Assembly: GCA_024639065.1 (NCBI GenBank)
Contig: JAHEJC010000001.1
Coordinates: 1 to 63,751 of the forward strand
DNA length: 63,751 nucleotides
Source: Lewinellaceae bacterium
GTDB taxonomy: Bacteria > Bacteroidota > Bacteroidia > Chitinophagales > Saprospiraceae
Direction: 5' to 3'
The translations under genes were made by a program, and so were the position numbers. Positions within the stretch are counted from its first letter, which is position 1. Every line of letters begins with the position of its first letter. The notes beneath the pieces are model-generated. The model made no database searches. It was not told where the DNA came from and saw only the letters and a program-made list of their open reading frames with translations. Shown one piece after another: positions 47,767 to 57,721 of this stretch.

Positions 47767-47792
47767 AAAGATTGGTTAAACCAAAATGTTCT

Positions 47793-47800
47793 CAAAATTA
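47793..47800 (-). promoter_or_regulatory. -7 promoter motif TAATTTTG upstream of the GT-GT-ribB operon
   Basis: Plus-strand caaaatta is TAATTTTG on the minus strand, 27 nt upstream of the ATG at 47766. Confidence 0.4.
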
Positions 47801-47913
47801 GCTCCTGCCACTTTTCATTATAAACAGGTAAATAAATAGGTAAATGTACTTATTAAACAATCTAACTATTTAGATTTACATATGTGAAAGTATTAAAAAT
47901 TTAAATATTTTTT

Positions 47914-47948
47914 TCGAATTCGATCGATTAATGTACCATTGTACATTA
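47914..47948. promoter_or_regulatory. Cluster of palindromes upstream of the lolD-like gene (possible operator)
   Basis: tcgaattcga (47914-47923) overlaps tcgatcga (47920-47927), followed by taatgtac-catt-gtacatta (47929-47948). The cluster ends 42 nt before the ATG at 47990. Confidence 0.3.
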
Positions 47949-47989
47949 CTTAGTGTCAAAAATACACGATTTGTAGTAGCAGAGATTAT

Positions 47990-48643
47990 ATGATAAACGC
48001 AGAAAACATACATAAATTTTATGACAACCTTCACGTTGTCAAAGGAGTTTCTCTCCAAGTAAAAAAAGGAGAATTTGTCAGTATTGTGGGGAAATCAGGT
48101 GCTGGTAAAAGTACCTTGTTACATATTTTAGGCACGCTGGATAAACCTTCAAAAGGAACAGTTACTTATGACCAAACGGACGTGACCACTTTATCTTCAA
48201 AGGAATTGGCTACATTTAGAAATTCGCGTATCGGTTTTATTTTTCAGTTTCATCATTTACTGGCCGAGTTCAGTGCTTTAGAGAATGCCATGATACCAGC
48301 GCTCATTCAAAAACAACCCGTCGAACAAGCAAAATCCAAGGCAAGAGAACTGCTGACTTATTTGGGGCTAGAAGAACGACTAGAACATAAGCCATCCGAA
48401 TTATCTGGGGGAGAACAACAACGAGTAGCTGTTGCTAGAGCCTTGATTAACAATCCAGATGTAATTCTTGCTGATGAGCCTTCTGGCAATCTTGATTCTG
48501 CCACCTCTAAAGAATTGCATGATTTATTATTCAAACTCAGAGCAGATTTTCAACATACCTTCATAATTGTTACACACAATGAAGAATTAGCTGAATTAAG
48601 TGATCGAAAGTTAACGATGCAGGATGGGATACTTGTGGAGTAG
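47990..48643 (+). CDS. ABC transporter ATP-binding protein (LolD/MacB-type)
   Basis: 217 aa with [37 protein letters not shown]. Confidence 0.9.
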   Translation: MINAENIHKFYDNLHVVKGVSLQVKKGEFVSIVGKSGAGKSTLLHILGTLDKPSKGTVTYDQTDVTTLSSKELATFRNSRIGFIFQFHHLLAEFSALENAMIPALIQKQPVEQAKSKARELLTYLGLEERLEHKPSELSGGEQQRVAVARALINNPDVILADEPSGNLDSATSKELHDLLFKLRADFQHTFIIVTHNEELAELSDRKLTMQDGILVE

Positions 48644-48825
48644 ATCTAGAGAAAGGGGCGCTAGGAGAATGGAGATCGCTTCACTGGCTGGCCGCTTCGT
48701 TTGAAAAAGCTTGGTTTTGGGTATTCGATCCGTGAAATGATATCAACTCCTCATCCAATAGTTCTCTCGATTCGGTCTTTTGAGGACCTCGACTAATCGT
48801 ATAAAACCCTCATCCTCTTAACCAT

Positions 48826-49524
48826 TTAATTGCCAAATGATTTAAAGAAAGGTGAATTACCGAGTAAACTTCCGATTTCTTCTAATTCTTTTGTTTCATA
48901 TCCTGCAGGTCTTTTAAAGACTGAAGATTTGATATCAGTACTGAACTTAGTGGCAAAAATCCGCAGCTTAAATTGTTCATTTTTGAGCGTATATTCTAAA
49001 GGGACTTTCTTCATACCTGCAAATGCTTCCATGCCAAAACCCATGAATTCAAACTCCAACTGATTTGATACGAAGGTTGTAATAGAAGACCTCCCCGAAT
49101 CATTAGGCCAAGAAATAGTCATTTCATGTGCTGGTAAGCCTGCAATATTTTTAATAGAGTTTAGATTTTCGGAAATAGATGCTTCGATGTCCATTTCAAA
49201 AGTTGGGATATTTTGAGGCTTGCTTTTGATACGCCGACCAAAGAAATCCATATACATCACTGATTCTCCGTTGCTCCTGTTAATATATGATTTTAATTGA
49301 TATAATTCCTCGAGCACCATATCCGTCCTGACTTCATCCTTATTGAAATAGATTTTCATCTCTAACTCTTCAAGCAGGGATATAATAAAGTCTTGATTAG
49401 CAATAAGATTAGAATCACTCATTTCCATTTCTACTTTGTATTCAATGACGCCTTGTTCGTATAGATTAGTACGACCATAATCAAGTAAAAGCAACGGCCA
49501 AATTAGCACAATTAGCAACTTCAT
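48826..49524 (-). CDS. Hypothetical secreted protein
   Basis: 232-aa ORF with a signal-like N-terminus MKLLIVLIWPLLLL. I recognise no motif. Confidence 0.55.
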   Translation of the reverse strand: MKLLIVLIWPLLLLDYGRTNLYEQGVIEYKVEMEMSDSNLIANQDFIISLLEELEMKIYFNKDEVRTDMVLEELYQLKSYINRSNGESVMYMDFFGRRIKSKPQNIPTFEMDIEASISENLNSIKNIAGLPAHEMTISWPNDSGRSSITTFVSNQLEFEFMGFGMEAFAGMKKVPLEYTLKNEQFKLRIFATKFSTDIKSSVFKRPAGYETKELEEIGSLLGNSPFFKSFGN

Positions 49525-49584
49525 ATTTCAATAATTTGATGATCAGAATATAGCTCAAGATATTTGTATAACTGAATTCCCGTT

Positions 49585-50124
49585 CTAATAAATCCATTGA
49601 TCAATATAACGTACGAATAATTTTGTCAAATTATAAGCATCATATTCAGCTCTGTGTTGTTCCCCTTCAAACTCGATACCTTCCCTTCTCAGACTATTAA
49701 ATAGACCATATGCTCGCTTGGATCGGTTGATAGTATGATATTGCTTTTTCAAATCTATGTAATGCTCCAATCCTTCAAAGTGAATTTCATGTTCTTCACA
49801 CTCGGCTTCAAGAATTATTTGATCCATTTTCCCCCAAGCGCAAAGCAAAAAGTCGTTGGTGGTATCGATAAAATCAATGAATCGTTGCATTACCAAGGGA
49901 AACTTTTTTGCCGTATCAATTTTACTTTGTTCAATATTGGTAAGATTTTTACAATATGGGGATAATCTCGGATAATGAGTTGGGCGAATAAATGATTGAA
50001 ATTGATCTTTTACTTCACCGAATCTATCCACTCGAAAAGCTCCAATTTCAATAATTTCGCGTATATCTGTGGGAGGGTTGCCGTCCCAGCAAGTTGTCTC
50101 TAGGTCAAAAACAATAAAGTTCAC
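49585..50124 (-). CDS. DEDDh 3'-5' exonuclease (ERI-1/KapD-like)
   Basis: 179 aa with FDLETTC (Exo I), AWGKMD (Exo II) and HRAEYDA (Exo III, DEDDh). It uses a GTG start. Confidence 0.85.
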   Translation of the reverse strand: MNFIVFDLETTCWDGNPPTDIREIIEIGAFRVDRFGEVKDQFQSFIRPTHYPRLSPYCKNLTNIEQSKIDTAKKFPLVMQRFIDFIDTTNDFLLCAWGKMDQIILEAECEEHEIHFEGLEHYIDLKKQYHTINRSKRAYGLFNSLRREGIEFEGEQHRAEYDAYNLTKLFVRYIDQWIY

Positions 50125-50135
50125 TTGATAGAAGT

Positions 50136-51854
50136 TTATTGGTCCGTTTGTGAAACCATTTCTTTTTTGGCTTTCACCGGTTTAATCTCATCTAAGGATT
50201 CTTCGAATTCGTAATTAGTCAATCGATTGTGATAATAATAAAGCAGCTTAAAATCCTGACTAATTAACTCATCATTCTTATTATATTTCAAGGGCTTTAA
50301 GTTGTGATAAATTCCTAAATTTTTAATTCCATCGCGCAATATATCTTGCGGAGTGCTCCGGATCATTTCTGATGCTTTTATTAATCCCTGGCTTTCTCTT
50401 TTCAAAATTTCTGCTCTCATTCTTTTTATTAATTCCAATAATTCTTCTTGATTAAATACGAAATCATCGGCAGGTAATCTTATCAATCCAAATATGTCTA
50501 AGTTGGGATGTAAAGCTTTTAAGTTTGAAAAAGCAACGAAGGCCACCACATGGCTCGATAAAACAATATTATCTGATAAGAATCGCTTCAAAATAACTTG
50601 AGATAATTGTCGGGTGTAAACCTGCTCCCTTTGGCGATTTTCTCCTACATGGTCATTGCTTAGGAAATAATCTTTTATGTCAATAGGATGCTTATTTTCA
50701 TCAAAACTATTACCTTCATCGTCTACACGATTTCCAGCAATATCCAGTGGGTCGCCAAACGATAAGGTGATATTCGAACTAACCGAAAAGAATTTCCATG
50801 CAAATTTCAGAATAGATCTCAGGCTTTTGAATTCATCCTTGGACGCCCAAAATTTTTCTCTTCCTGTCCTACTTAGGTGCTGATTGATTAAAAAATTTGC
50901 TTCTAAGACCGAATGATATCCCAATACTAAAGGAACTATAAATATCTTATTATCCACATTTTTTTCTAAAATACTTCTTTGAGCTTCAATTACCGTACCT
51001 AATAGACCAAGCTTAAATCGATCTTCTACAGCGCCTGATCTGGAGCGGGTGCCTCCTGGAAAAAAAAGTGAGTGGACTCCCCTTTGAATCGAAAGAGAAG
51101 ACATGGCCTTGAGTGTATTTAGGTAAATCATATTCTTCTTTCTACGATCTATTCGGTAAGCGCCTAATCGATTGAAAAAGTACCCAACAAATTCTGAATT
51201 ATAGAGATTTAGGCCAGCTCCATAAGATAAGGCTGGCAAGCCCACTATACTATCAATTGCATATCCGATCAAAATAGAATCCAGGTTGCTGAAATGAGTC
51301 GGAACCACTATAACTGTTCCTTTTTGTGACAACTGTCGAATTTTTTCTAATGGTCCTCGGACGTTGAATTTATCGTAGAGTTGATATTTGCTACTATACA
51401 GCCGCCGGTGATTCCTTTCTGCAGCTGTATTCAAAAGACGGCCAAAAAATATAGTTAAAAACTTGCGAGCAAATTTGAATGTTTTAATACGAAAATTCCC
51501 TACAATTTCTTCCGCATATCGCTGCGTAATAATTTTTAATAGTTCATCTTGAATACGTTCCTTGTCTTCTGAATAGTAAGAAGCCTTCAATCGACTGCGA
51601 ATTTTGTTCCAAAACGCATTTTCCTTAGGTGGATCCGCTTTCCAAGGCTCCTCTTTCAACCTGATTTTTTCTAAATAGATCGTTTTGGATAAAAGCTTTT
51701 CATAATCCGGCCCATAAGTTTTTTCTAATAATTGATAAGTATGTTGGGTAATATCATCAATAAACTGTAATCTATCTTCACTCAGTCTATAGATAGGCCA
51801 GTCTTCCAAATCCGGAAAAGTGGATGGATATATCTTAGTTTCATTTGGTATCAT
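50136..51854 (-). CDS. Glycerol-3-phosphate/lysophospholipid acyltransferase family protein (PlsB-like)
   Basis: 572 aa with the acyltransferase HX4D motif in VPTHFSNLDS and FFPGGTRSRSG. Confidence 0.8.
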   Translation of the reverse strand: MIPNETKIYPSTFPDLEDWPIYRLSEDRLQFIDDITQHTYQLLEKTYGPDYEKLLSKTIYLEKIRLKEEPWKADPPKENAFWNKIRSRLKASYYSEDKERIQDELLKIITQRYAEEIVGNFRIKTFKFARKFLTIFFGRLLNTAAERNHRRLYSSKYQLYDKFNVRGPLEKIRQLSQKGTVIVVPTHFSNLDSILIGYAIDSIVGLPALSYGAGLNLYNSEFVGYFFNRLGAYRIDRRKKNMIYLNTLKAMSSLSIQRGVHSLFFPGGTRSRSGAVEDRFKLGLLGTVIEAQRSILEKNVDNKIFIVPLVLGYHSVLEANFLINQHLSRTGREKFWASKDEFKSLRSILKFAWKFFSVSSNITLSFGDPLDIAGNRVDDEGNSFDENKHPIDIKDYFLSNDHVGENRQREQVYTRQLSQVILKRFLSDNIVLSSHVVAFVAFSNLKALHPNLDIFGLIRLPADDFVFNQEELLELIKRMRAEILKRESQGLIKASEMIRSTPQDILRDGIKNLGIYHNLKPLKYNKNDELISQDFKLLYYYHNRLTNYEFEESLDEIKPVKAKKEMVSQTDQ

Positions 51855-51862
51855 TGAAGGCC

Positions 51863-52453
51863 TTATTTTAGGTATTGGGAGATGAAAGATACAATTTCTT
51901 CATTACCTATTTTAAGAACTGAAGATGTAAAAAACTGAGTAGGTAGTGGTTCCCAGTATTCACCCAGCGATTTATTAAACAATTGTTTTTGATCTTTCAA
52001 AGCACCCTTTTTGGTTTTATCCATTTTTGTAAATACAATGGCAAATGGGATCTGCTCACTGCCCATCCAATTGATAAATTCGATATCAATTGGTTGAGGA
52101 GGAATATTAAAATCCAATAGGATAAATGCTATAACCAGGTTCGGCGATAACCTTAGATAATCCTCAATCATTTTCTTCCACTTAGCTCTGAGCTTTTTGG
52201 AGTGTTTAGCATATCCGTATCCCGGTAAATCAACCAGATACCACTGCTCATCAACTTCAAAATAGTTGATCGTTTGCGTTTTCCCCGGTTGTTTTGACAC
52301 TTTGGCCAGTTCCTTGCGATGGGTAATCATATTGATGAGCGATGACTTACCTACATTTGATCTTCCTATAAAAGCGAATTCCGCAAACTTAGTTTGAGGA
52401 ACCTTTTTATAGTCTATGTAGCTTCCCAGGTATTTTACATGCTTTATCTTCAA
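51863..52453 (-). CDS. engB: Ribosome biogenesis GTPase YsxC/EngB
   Basis: 196 aa with GRSNVGKSSLIN, DLPGYGYA, TKMDK. Confidence 0.92.
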   Translation of the reverse strand: MKIKHVKYLGSYIDYKKVPQTKFAEFAFIGRSNVGKSSLINMITHRKELAKVSKQPGKTQTINYFEVDEQWYLVDLPGYGYAKHSKKLRAKWKKMIEDYLRLSPNLVIAFILLDFNIPPQPIDIEFINWMGSEQIPFAIVFTKMDKTKKGALKDQKQLFNKSLGEYWEPLPTQFFTSSVLKIGNEEIVSFISQYLK

Positions 52454-52655
52454 TCATTAGCAATTTAACTGCAATGTATAATTTAAAAAGAAACAATAAA
52501 AAGCGCTTGAAGATTTAATTAAACCTCCTTTCTTAAATCTCATTTCAAATTCCTAGTACATTATCCAGGTTTAGTCATTCCATAAAAGACAGTCTATTAA
52601 CCAGGAGAAATAACCACATATTGCAAAGGATGCCTTCGAGAAGCTTGGTAATTGT

Positions 52656-52663
52656 TACTTTTG
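52656..52663 (+). promoter_or_regulatory. -7 promoter motif TACTTTTG upstream of purE
   Basis: Matches TAnnTTTG and ends 19 nt before the ATG at 52683. Confidence 0.4.
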
Positions 52664-52682
52664 TAAACAATAATTAATTAAT

Positions 52683-53180
52683 ATGGCTACACCAATAGTA
52701 AGTATCATCATGGGTTCGGATTCTGATTTACCAGTTATGCGAGCTGCGGCTGAAATCTTGCAAGACCTAAAAATCCCATTTGAAGTCACCGTTGTTTCGG
52801 CACATCGGACCCCTCACCGAATGGTTCAGTTTGCTGAAGAAGCACATCAGCGAGGTATTCAGGTAATTATTGCAGGAGCAGGAGGAGCAGCGCATCTGCC
52901 TGGAATGGTTGCCAGTTTATCACCTCTCCCCGTAATTGGAGTACCCATCAAATCGTCTAATTCAATCGATGGATGGGATTCCATACTATCAATTTTACAA
53001 ATGCCCAATGGGATTCCCGTAGCCACCGTGGCTCTGAATGCAGCTAAGAATGCCGGTTTACTCGCCGTTCGAATTCTGGGAGCCAGCAATAAGGATATAT
53101 TGGAACGGATAAAAACCTACCAAAATTCACTTACTGAACAAGTAGAAGAAAAAATTAAGATCGTAGAAGATCTTTACTAG
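52683..53180 (+). CDS. purE: 5-(carboxyamino)imidazole ribonucleotide mutase
   Basis: 165 aa with [31 protein letters not shown]. Confidence 0.94.
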   Translation: MATPIVSIIMGSDSDLPVMRAAAEILQDLKIPFEVTVVSAHRTPHRMVQFAEEAHQRGIQVIIAGAGGAAHLPGMVASLSPLPVIGVPIKSSNSIDGWDSILSILQMPNGIPVATVALNAAKNAGLLAVRILGASNKDILERIKTYQNSLTEQVEEKIKIVEDLY

Positions 53181-53273
53181 TATGGAGTAGGGAGTTATGG
53201 GTATGGAGACTACATTCTTTTAAGATCGACTTCAACCTGTTCAAACTCGATCAACTTCATGAACTCCATAAAC

Positions 53274-55169
53274 TTAATCCACTTTCTCTGACCATTTTTC
53301 CCACTCTACCCACAGCTCACTAATCTTGAGTTCCAAGGATTTTAATTTTTGTAGTTTTTTCTGGTGATCTGGTTGGTTATAAAATCCGGGATCATACATA
53401 GCTGTCTCAATTTCTTTTTTTTCTTGTTCCAACTTATCAATGTCTCTTTCCAGATAACTGACTTTGCGATGAATCTTTTTCCGTTCTTCCCGCGTCAAAA
53501 TTGTGGTGGTCGTTTTTTTAATTTCGTTTGAAGTTTTGACCTTATCCAACTCTACGGCCCGCATACTTTCTAGTGCTCTTTTTTCTAAGAAATAATTTAC
53601 ATCACCTAGATATTCTTTCAATTTATGATTCCTGAATTCGACCACTTTATTGGTAAGACCCGCTAAGAAGTCCCGGTCATGGGAGACAACAATGAGTCCT
53701 CCATCATAAGCGATTAATGCTTGCTTAAGTACTTCTTTACTGAGCATATCGAGGTGGTTGGTAGGCTCATCAAGTACCAGCAAATTTATCGGATAAAGCA
53801 TGAGACAGGCCAACGCCAGCCGAGCCCGTTCACCACCTGATAAAACGGATACCTTTTTATCCACCTCTTCTCCCGAGAAAAGGAAAGCACCTAAAATGCT
53901 TCTCAATTGGGTTCGTTTACTTTCTGGAGCATTCGCTTCAATTGTTTCTAGAATGGTAAGTTTTTCATCCAGGTGGTCGGATTGATCCTGTGCATAATAG
54001 GCAAGATGGACATTGTGGCCCTGCTGTAACGAACCATGATCATATTCCAGTTGTTTTACCAGAATTTTTACTAAGGTAGATTTGCCTTGTCCGTTTTGAC
54101 CAACAAATGCAATACGCTCATTCCGTAATAATTGGAAAGAAACATTATCCAGCACATGCAGTGGGCCGTAAGATTTAGATATATGTTGAGCAGCAATCAT
54201 TTTCTCACCCGATCTGGGTGCACCATCAAAGCGAACCTTAAACACCCGGCTATCCGACTCTTCTATTTCAATCCGGTCGATTTTGTCTAATTGTTTTTGC
54301 ATGGATTGAGCCATACTGGTTTTAGTGGCTTTAGCCATAAACCTTTTAATGGTGCGCTCTTTTTGAGCGATTTCTTTTTGTTGATTTTTATAAGCCGCCT
54401 CAACCAAAGCCATACGCTCTTCCCGCTGGGCCATGAATTGATCATAGTTGCCAGTGTATACTTGAATTTGTTGATTGGAGATTTCCCAGATCGATGTGGA
54501 GGTATTATTTAAAAAATCCTTATCATGTGAGATTACAATAAAACCACCATTATACTGTTTGAGATAAGATTCCAGCCAAATAATCGATTCAATATCCAAG
54601 TGATTTGTAGGTTCATCCAGAAGCAATAAAGGCGGTTTAAGTAATAATAGTTTGGCCATTTGAACACGCATCTGCCAACCACCAGACAGTGTCGATAAAG
54701 AGTGTGCGAATTGATTTTGTTCAAAACCCAATCCAATTAATATCTTGAAGGCTTCTGCTTCAATCTCATGTTCATGCATGGATTGTAGTTGCTCATAAAC
54801 CGGAGCTAATGCATTGGTAACTTCAAGGACATGCGCATGATCTTCTGAGTCAAGCTCGTGTTCCAGTTTTTCTTTTTGACTTCTCAACTCAAGTAAGGCT
54901 GGAAAAGCAGCAAGCGTTTCATTCAAAATAGTATGTTCGGTAGTTTCCGGTAAAATTTGGGTGAGATAACCCACAACAACATTATTCGCTTTTTCTATTT
55001 TACCCTCAGACGGAGAAAATTCTTCTGAAATTAATTTGAAAAGAGTAGTTTTCCCAGTCCCATTTCGACCAACCAATCCGATCTTTTCTTTATTACGAAT
55101 GGTCAAATTGATGGAGTCCAACAAAACTCGATCGCCAAAAATTACACTTACATCATTTAAAAATATCAA
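53274..55169 (-). CDS. ABC-F family ATPase (two ABC domains plus a C-terminal coiled coil)
   Basis: 631 aa with two Walker A motifs (GRNGTGKTT, GQNGQGKST) and two signatures (LSGGWQMR, LSGGERAR). It uses a TTG start. Confidence 0.9.
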   Translation of the reverse strand: MIFLNDVSVIFGDRVLLDSINLTIRNKEKIGLVGRNGTGKTTLFKLISEEFSPSEGKIEKANNVVVGYLTQILPETTEHTILNETLAAFPALLELRSQKEKLEHELDSEDHAHVLEVTNALAPVYEQLQSMHEHEIEAEAFKILIGLGFEQNQFAHSLSTLSGGWQMRVQMAKLLLLKPPLLLLDEPTNHLDIESIIWLESYLKQYNGGFIVISHDKDFLNNTSTSIWEISNQQIQVYTGNYDQFMAQREERMALVEAAYKNQQKEIAQKERTIKRFMAKATKTSMAQSMQKQLDKIDRIEIEESDSRVFKVRFDGAPRSGEKMIAAQHISKSYGPLHVLDNVSFQLLRNERIAFVGQNGQGKSTLVKILVKQLEYDHGSLQQGHNVHLAYYAQDQSDHLDEKLTILETIEANAPESKRTQLRSILGAFLFSGEEVDKKVSVLSGGERARLALACLMLYPINLLVLDEPTNHLDMLSKEVLKQALIAYDGGLIVVSHDRDFLAGLTNKVVEFRNHKLKEYLGDVNYFLEKRALESMRAVELDKVKTSNEIKKTTTTILTREERKKIHRKVSYLERDIDKLEQEKKEIETAMYDPGFYNQPDHQKKLQKLKSLELKISELWVEWEKWSEKVD

Positions 55170-55195
55170 AGGGGAAAATTTTTATGCAGTGAGGG

Positions 55196-55762
55196 TCAGT
55201 TCCAAGAAAGTGAATCAGGCATTTCAGCAATAACTTCGAAATTGTTTCCTTTATTGGACATCACTTGTTTCCACAACCTTTTCGGTTTGGTTTTAAATAA
55301 ATAGTTCGCATGCATATCAGCCACTACCCAACTTCCGAAGTCAAGTTCTTCTTTTAATTGTCCAGGCGACCATCCCGAATAACCTACAAAAAAACGAATA
55401 TTACCCGGCAAGATAAGTTTGGAATGAATTAGAAATTTGAGTTTATCGAAGTCTCCCCCCCAGTACACACCTCTGCCCAGTTCAATACTTTCTTCCAACA
55501 AATTTCCAACATTGTGAATGTAATGAATCGTATCAGTCGCGACCGGACCTCCAAAGTAAACTTCTGACTCAAATTCAGGAAATTCAGCGATCAATTCTTC
55601 GACATTCATATTCAGCGGTTTGTTAAGTATGAAGCCCATGGTGCCCTCTTCATGGTTGTCACAAACCAATATAACCGACCTGCGAAAATTAGGATCCATC
55701 ATAAATGGCTCCGCCAAAAGAACTTGTCCGTTTTTGATTATTACTTTGTTCATTTTAACCAT
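55196..55762 (-). CDS. YqgE/AlgH family protein (UPF0301)
   Basis: 188 aa with LLAEPFMMDPNFRRSVILVC, GGPV, GYSGWSPGQLEEE-like block. Confidence 0.88.
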   Translation of the reverse strand: MVKMNKVIIKNGQVLLAEPFMMDPNFRRSVILVCDNHEEGTMGFILNKPLNMNVEELIAEFPEFESEVYFGGPVATDTIHYIHNVGNLLEESIELGRGVYWGGDFDKLKFLIHSKLILPGNIRFFVGYSGWSPGQLKEELDFGSWVVADMHANYLFKTKPKRLWKQVMSNKGNNFEVIAEMPDSLSWN

Positions 55763-55776
55763 GGAAAGATACCACT

Positions 55777-56649
55777 TTACAATTGATTGGTAGGCATTTT
55801 TCGATCAACCTTTTTTACGAATCCACTAAGGACTTTTCCTCCTACCTCTACAAATTCAACGACACCATCTGCTATCATATTTTGCATGCTTAATGTCCAT
55901 AAAACAGGTTTGGTCAATTGATCTATAAGGTTTTGTTTAATAGCACCGGCATCCCGATATGCTTTTCCATCTACGTTCTGATAAATAGGGCAAATAGGAG
56001 ACTCAAAAGTAGTCGATTCAATGGCTAGCATCAACTCAGCTTTGGCAGGCTCCATCAACGGCGAGTGGAATGCACCACCTACACTCAATTTCATTGCACG
56101 ACGAGCACCTACCTCAAGTAATTTTTCACAAGCCAGTTCAACTCCTTGGATTGAACCAGAAATGACTAATTGTCCTGGACAATTGTAGTTTGCGGGAACC
56201 ACCAATGCTTCAATCGATGCACATACTTCTTCAACCATACTATCTTCCAGCCCTATGATAGCTGCCATGGTACTGGGGACAACCTCACATGCCTTTTGCA
56301 TAGCACTGGATCGTTTTGCCACCAATCTCAATCCATCTGCAAAGCTTAGAGATCCACAACTAGTCAATGCTGAAATTTCACCAAGTGAGTGGCCAGCTAC
56401 CACATCTGGCTGAAATTGATCCGCTGCAATAATAGCCTTAACTACACTATATATGTATACAGAAGGTTGTGTTACTTTAGTCTCCTTTAGTTCTACAGCT
56501 GATCCAGAAAACATGATATCCGTGATTCTGAATCCTAAAATATCATTAGCATCCTCCATCAATTTTTTAGCTAGTTCATTTTCGTTATATAGATCACTAC
56601 CCATTCCTTCAAATTGGGAAGCTTGACCAGGAAATATATATGCTTTCAT
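55777..56649 (-). CDS. fabD: Malonyl CoA-ACP transacylase
   Basis: 290 aa with FPGQASQ, the active site GHSLGE and GAFHSPLM. Confidence 0.94.
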   Translation of the reverse strand: MKAYIFPGQASQFEGMGSDLYNENELAKKLMEDANDILGFRITDIMFSGSAVELKETKVTQPSVYIYSVVKAIIAADQFQPDVVAGHSLGEISALTSCGSLSFADGLRLVAKRSSAMQKACEVVPSTMAAIIGLEDSMVEEVCASIEALVVPANYNCPGQLVISGSIQGVELACEKLLEVGARRAMKLSVGGAFHSPLMEPAKAELMLAIESTTFESPICPIYQNVDGKAYRDAGAIKQNLIDQLTKPVLWTLSMQNMIADGVVEFVEVGGKVLSGFVKKVDRKMPTNQL

Positions 56650-56665
56650 AATAATTTGATTCGTA

Positions 56666-57262
56666 TTAGCTTAAATCTGAACTTATCAAATTCAAAAACT
56701 CAGTTCTGGTTTCAACTTTCCTAAATTCACCAGTAAATGCAGAGGTCGTCGTTACACTGTTCTGTTTTTGAACACCTCGCATGACCATGCATAAATGTTT
56801 TGCTTCAATGACTACCGCCACACCCAGCGGGTTTAAACTTTCTTGTATGCAGGTAAGGATTTCATGCGTAAGTCGTTCCTGTACCTGAAGTCTTCTTGCG
56901 AACACATCAACTACTCTAGGGATCTTACTTAAGCCCACAATTTTACCATCTGGTATATAGGCAATATGCGCTTTGCCAAAAAAGGGAATCAAATGGTGCT
57001 CACACAAGGAATACACTTCAATGTCTTTTACTAAAACCATTTCACTATATTCTTCATCAAACATGGCTGACCTCAATATTTCTTTTCCATCCAAATGATA
57101 ACCATGGGTCAAAAACTGAATAGCTTTTGCAGCTCGCTCTGGTGTTTTTAATAAACCTTGGCGAAATGGATCTTCACCGATTTCTTTCAATACTGAGTGA
57201 TAGTGATCTTTAAGTCCGTCAGTAATCGTTTCCGGATACTCTTCAATTTTTTTAAATTTCAT
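56666..57262 (-). CDS. folE: GTP cyclohydrolase I
   Basis: 198 aa with [39 protein letters not shown]. Confidence 0.94.
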   Translation of the reverse strand: MKFKKIEEYPETITDGLKDHYHSVLKEIGEDPFRQGLLKTPERAAKAIQFLTHGYHLDGKEILRSAMFDEEYSEMVLVKDIEVYSLCEHHLIPFFGKAHIAYIPDGKIVGLSKIPRVVDVFARRLQVQERLTHEILTCIQESLNPLGVAVVIEAKHLCMVMRGVQKQNSVTTTSAFTGEFRKVETRTEFLNLISSDLS

Positions 57263-57271
57263 TTTTTCAAT

Positions 57272-57682
57272 TTATTCTCCATAATATTCAGCATAAATCG
57301 TATCAGTCTCGTACAACAATATTTTATGTAATTCAGCGCCCTCTATTTTAGATGATAGTTGATTCCAAATAAACTTAGTCAAATTTTCAGTAGTTGGTAA
57401 GACCCCTTGGGCAATAAAATCAACATCCAGATTTAAATTTTTATGATCCAAAAATTCCAGCACATGATCCTTAATCATTAAACTCAATTTTTTAGCATCG
57501 ATGATAAATCCGGTTACTAGATCTGGTTGACCTTTGACGGTCACGTGCAATGTATAGTTATGCCCATGAAAGTTTGGGTTTGCACACTTTCCAAAAACCT
57601 CAAAATTTTTTTGTTGCGACCATTCCTGCACCCACAGTTTGTGTGCAGCATTAAACTTTTCTATTCTCGTCAGGTAAACCAT
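57272..57682 (-). CDS. 6-pyruvoyl-tetrahydropterin synthase / QueD family (COG0720) protein
   Basis: 136 aa with the motif CANPNFHGHNY (C-x5-HGH), which resembles the PTPS-type CNNPNGHGHNY rather than the QueD C-x3-HGH. Confidence 0.85.
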   Translation of the reverse strand: MVYLTRIEKFNAAHKLWVQEWSQQKNFEVFGKCANPNFHGHNYTLHVTVKGQPDLVTGFIIDAKKLSLMIKDHVLEFLDHKNLNLDVDFIAQGVLPTTENLTKFIWNQLSSKIEGAELHKILLYETDTIYAEYYGE

Positions 57683-57713
57683 ATATTTTTAGCCCAAAAC
57701 TCAATTTTCGCGG

Positions 57714-57721
57714 CAAAAGTA
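57714..57721 (-). promoter_or_regulatory. -7 promoter motif TACTTTTG upstream of the PTPS-folE-fabD-yqgE gene string
   Basis: Plus-strand caaaagta is TACTTTTG on the minus strand, 32 nt upstream of the ATG at 57682. Confidence 0.4.

Noticed and set aside
48644-48825. A noticeably GC-richer convergent spacer after the lolD-like gene, checked for an ncRNA or decayed gene.
   Set aside because: It has no stable stem-loops and no recognisable protein remnant. The 43-codon open frame lacks a start and motifs. The evidence is insufficient.
53181-53273. Repeated tatggag words and a distant inverted pair (tatggagt ... actccata) after purE.
   Set aside because: The arms are only 8 bp and are separated by about 70 nt, so this is not a credible terminator or element.
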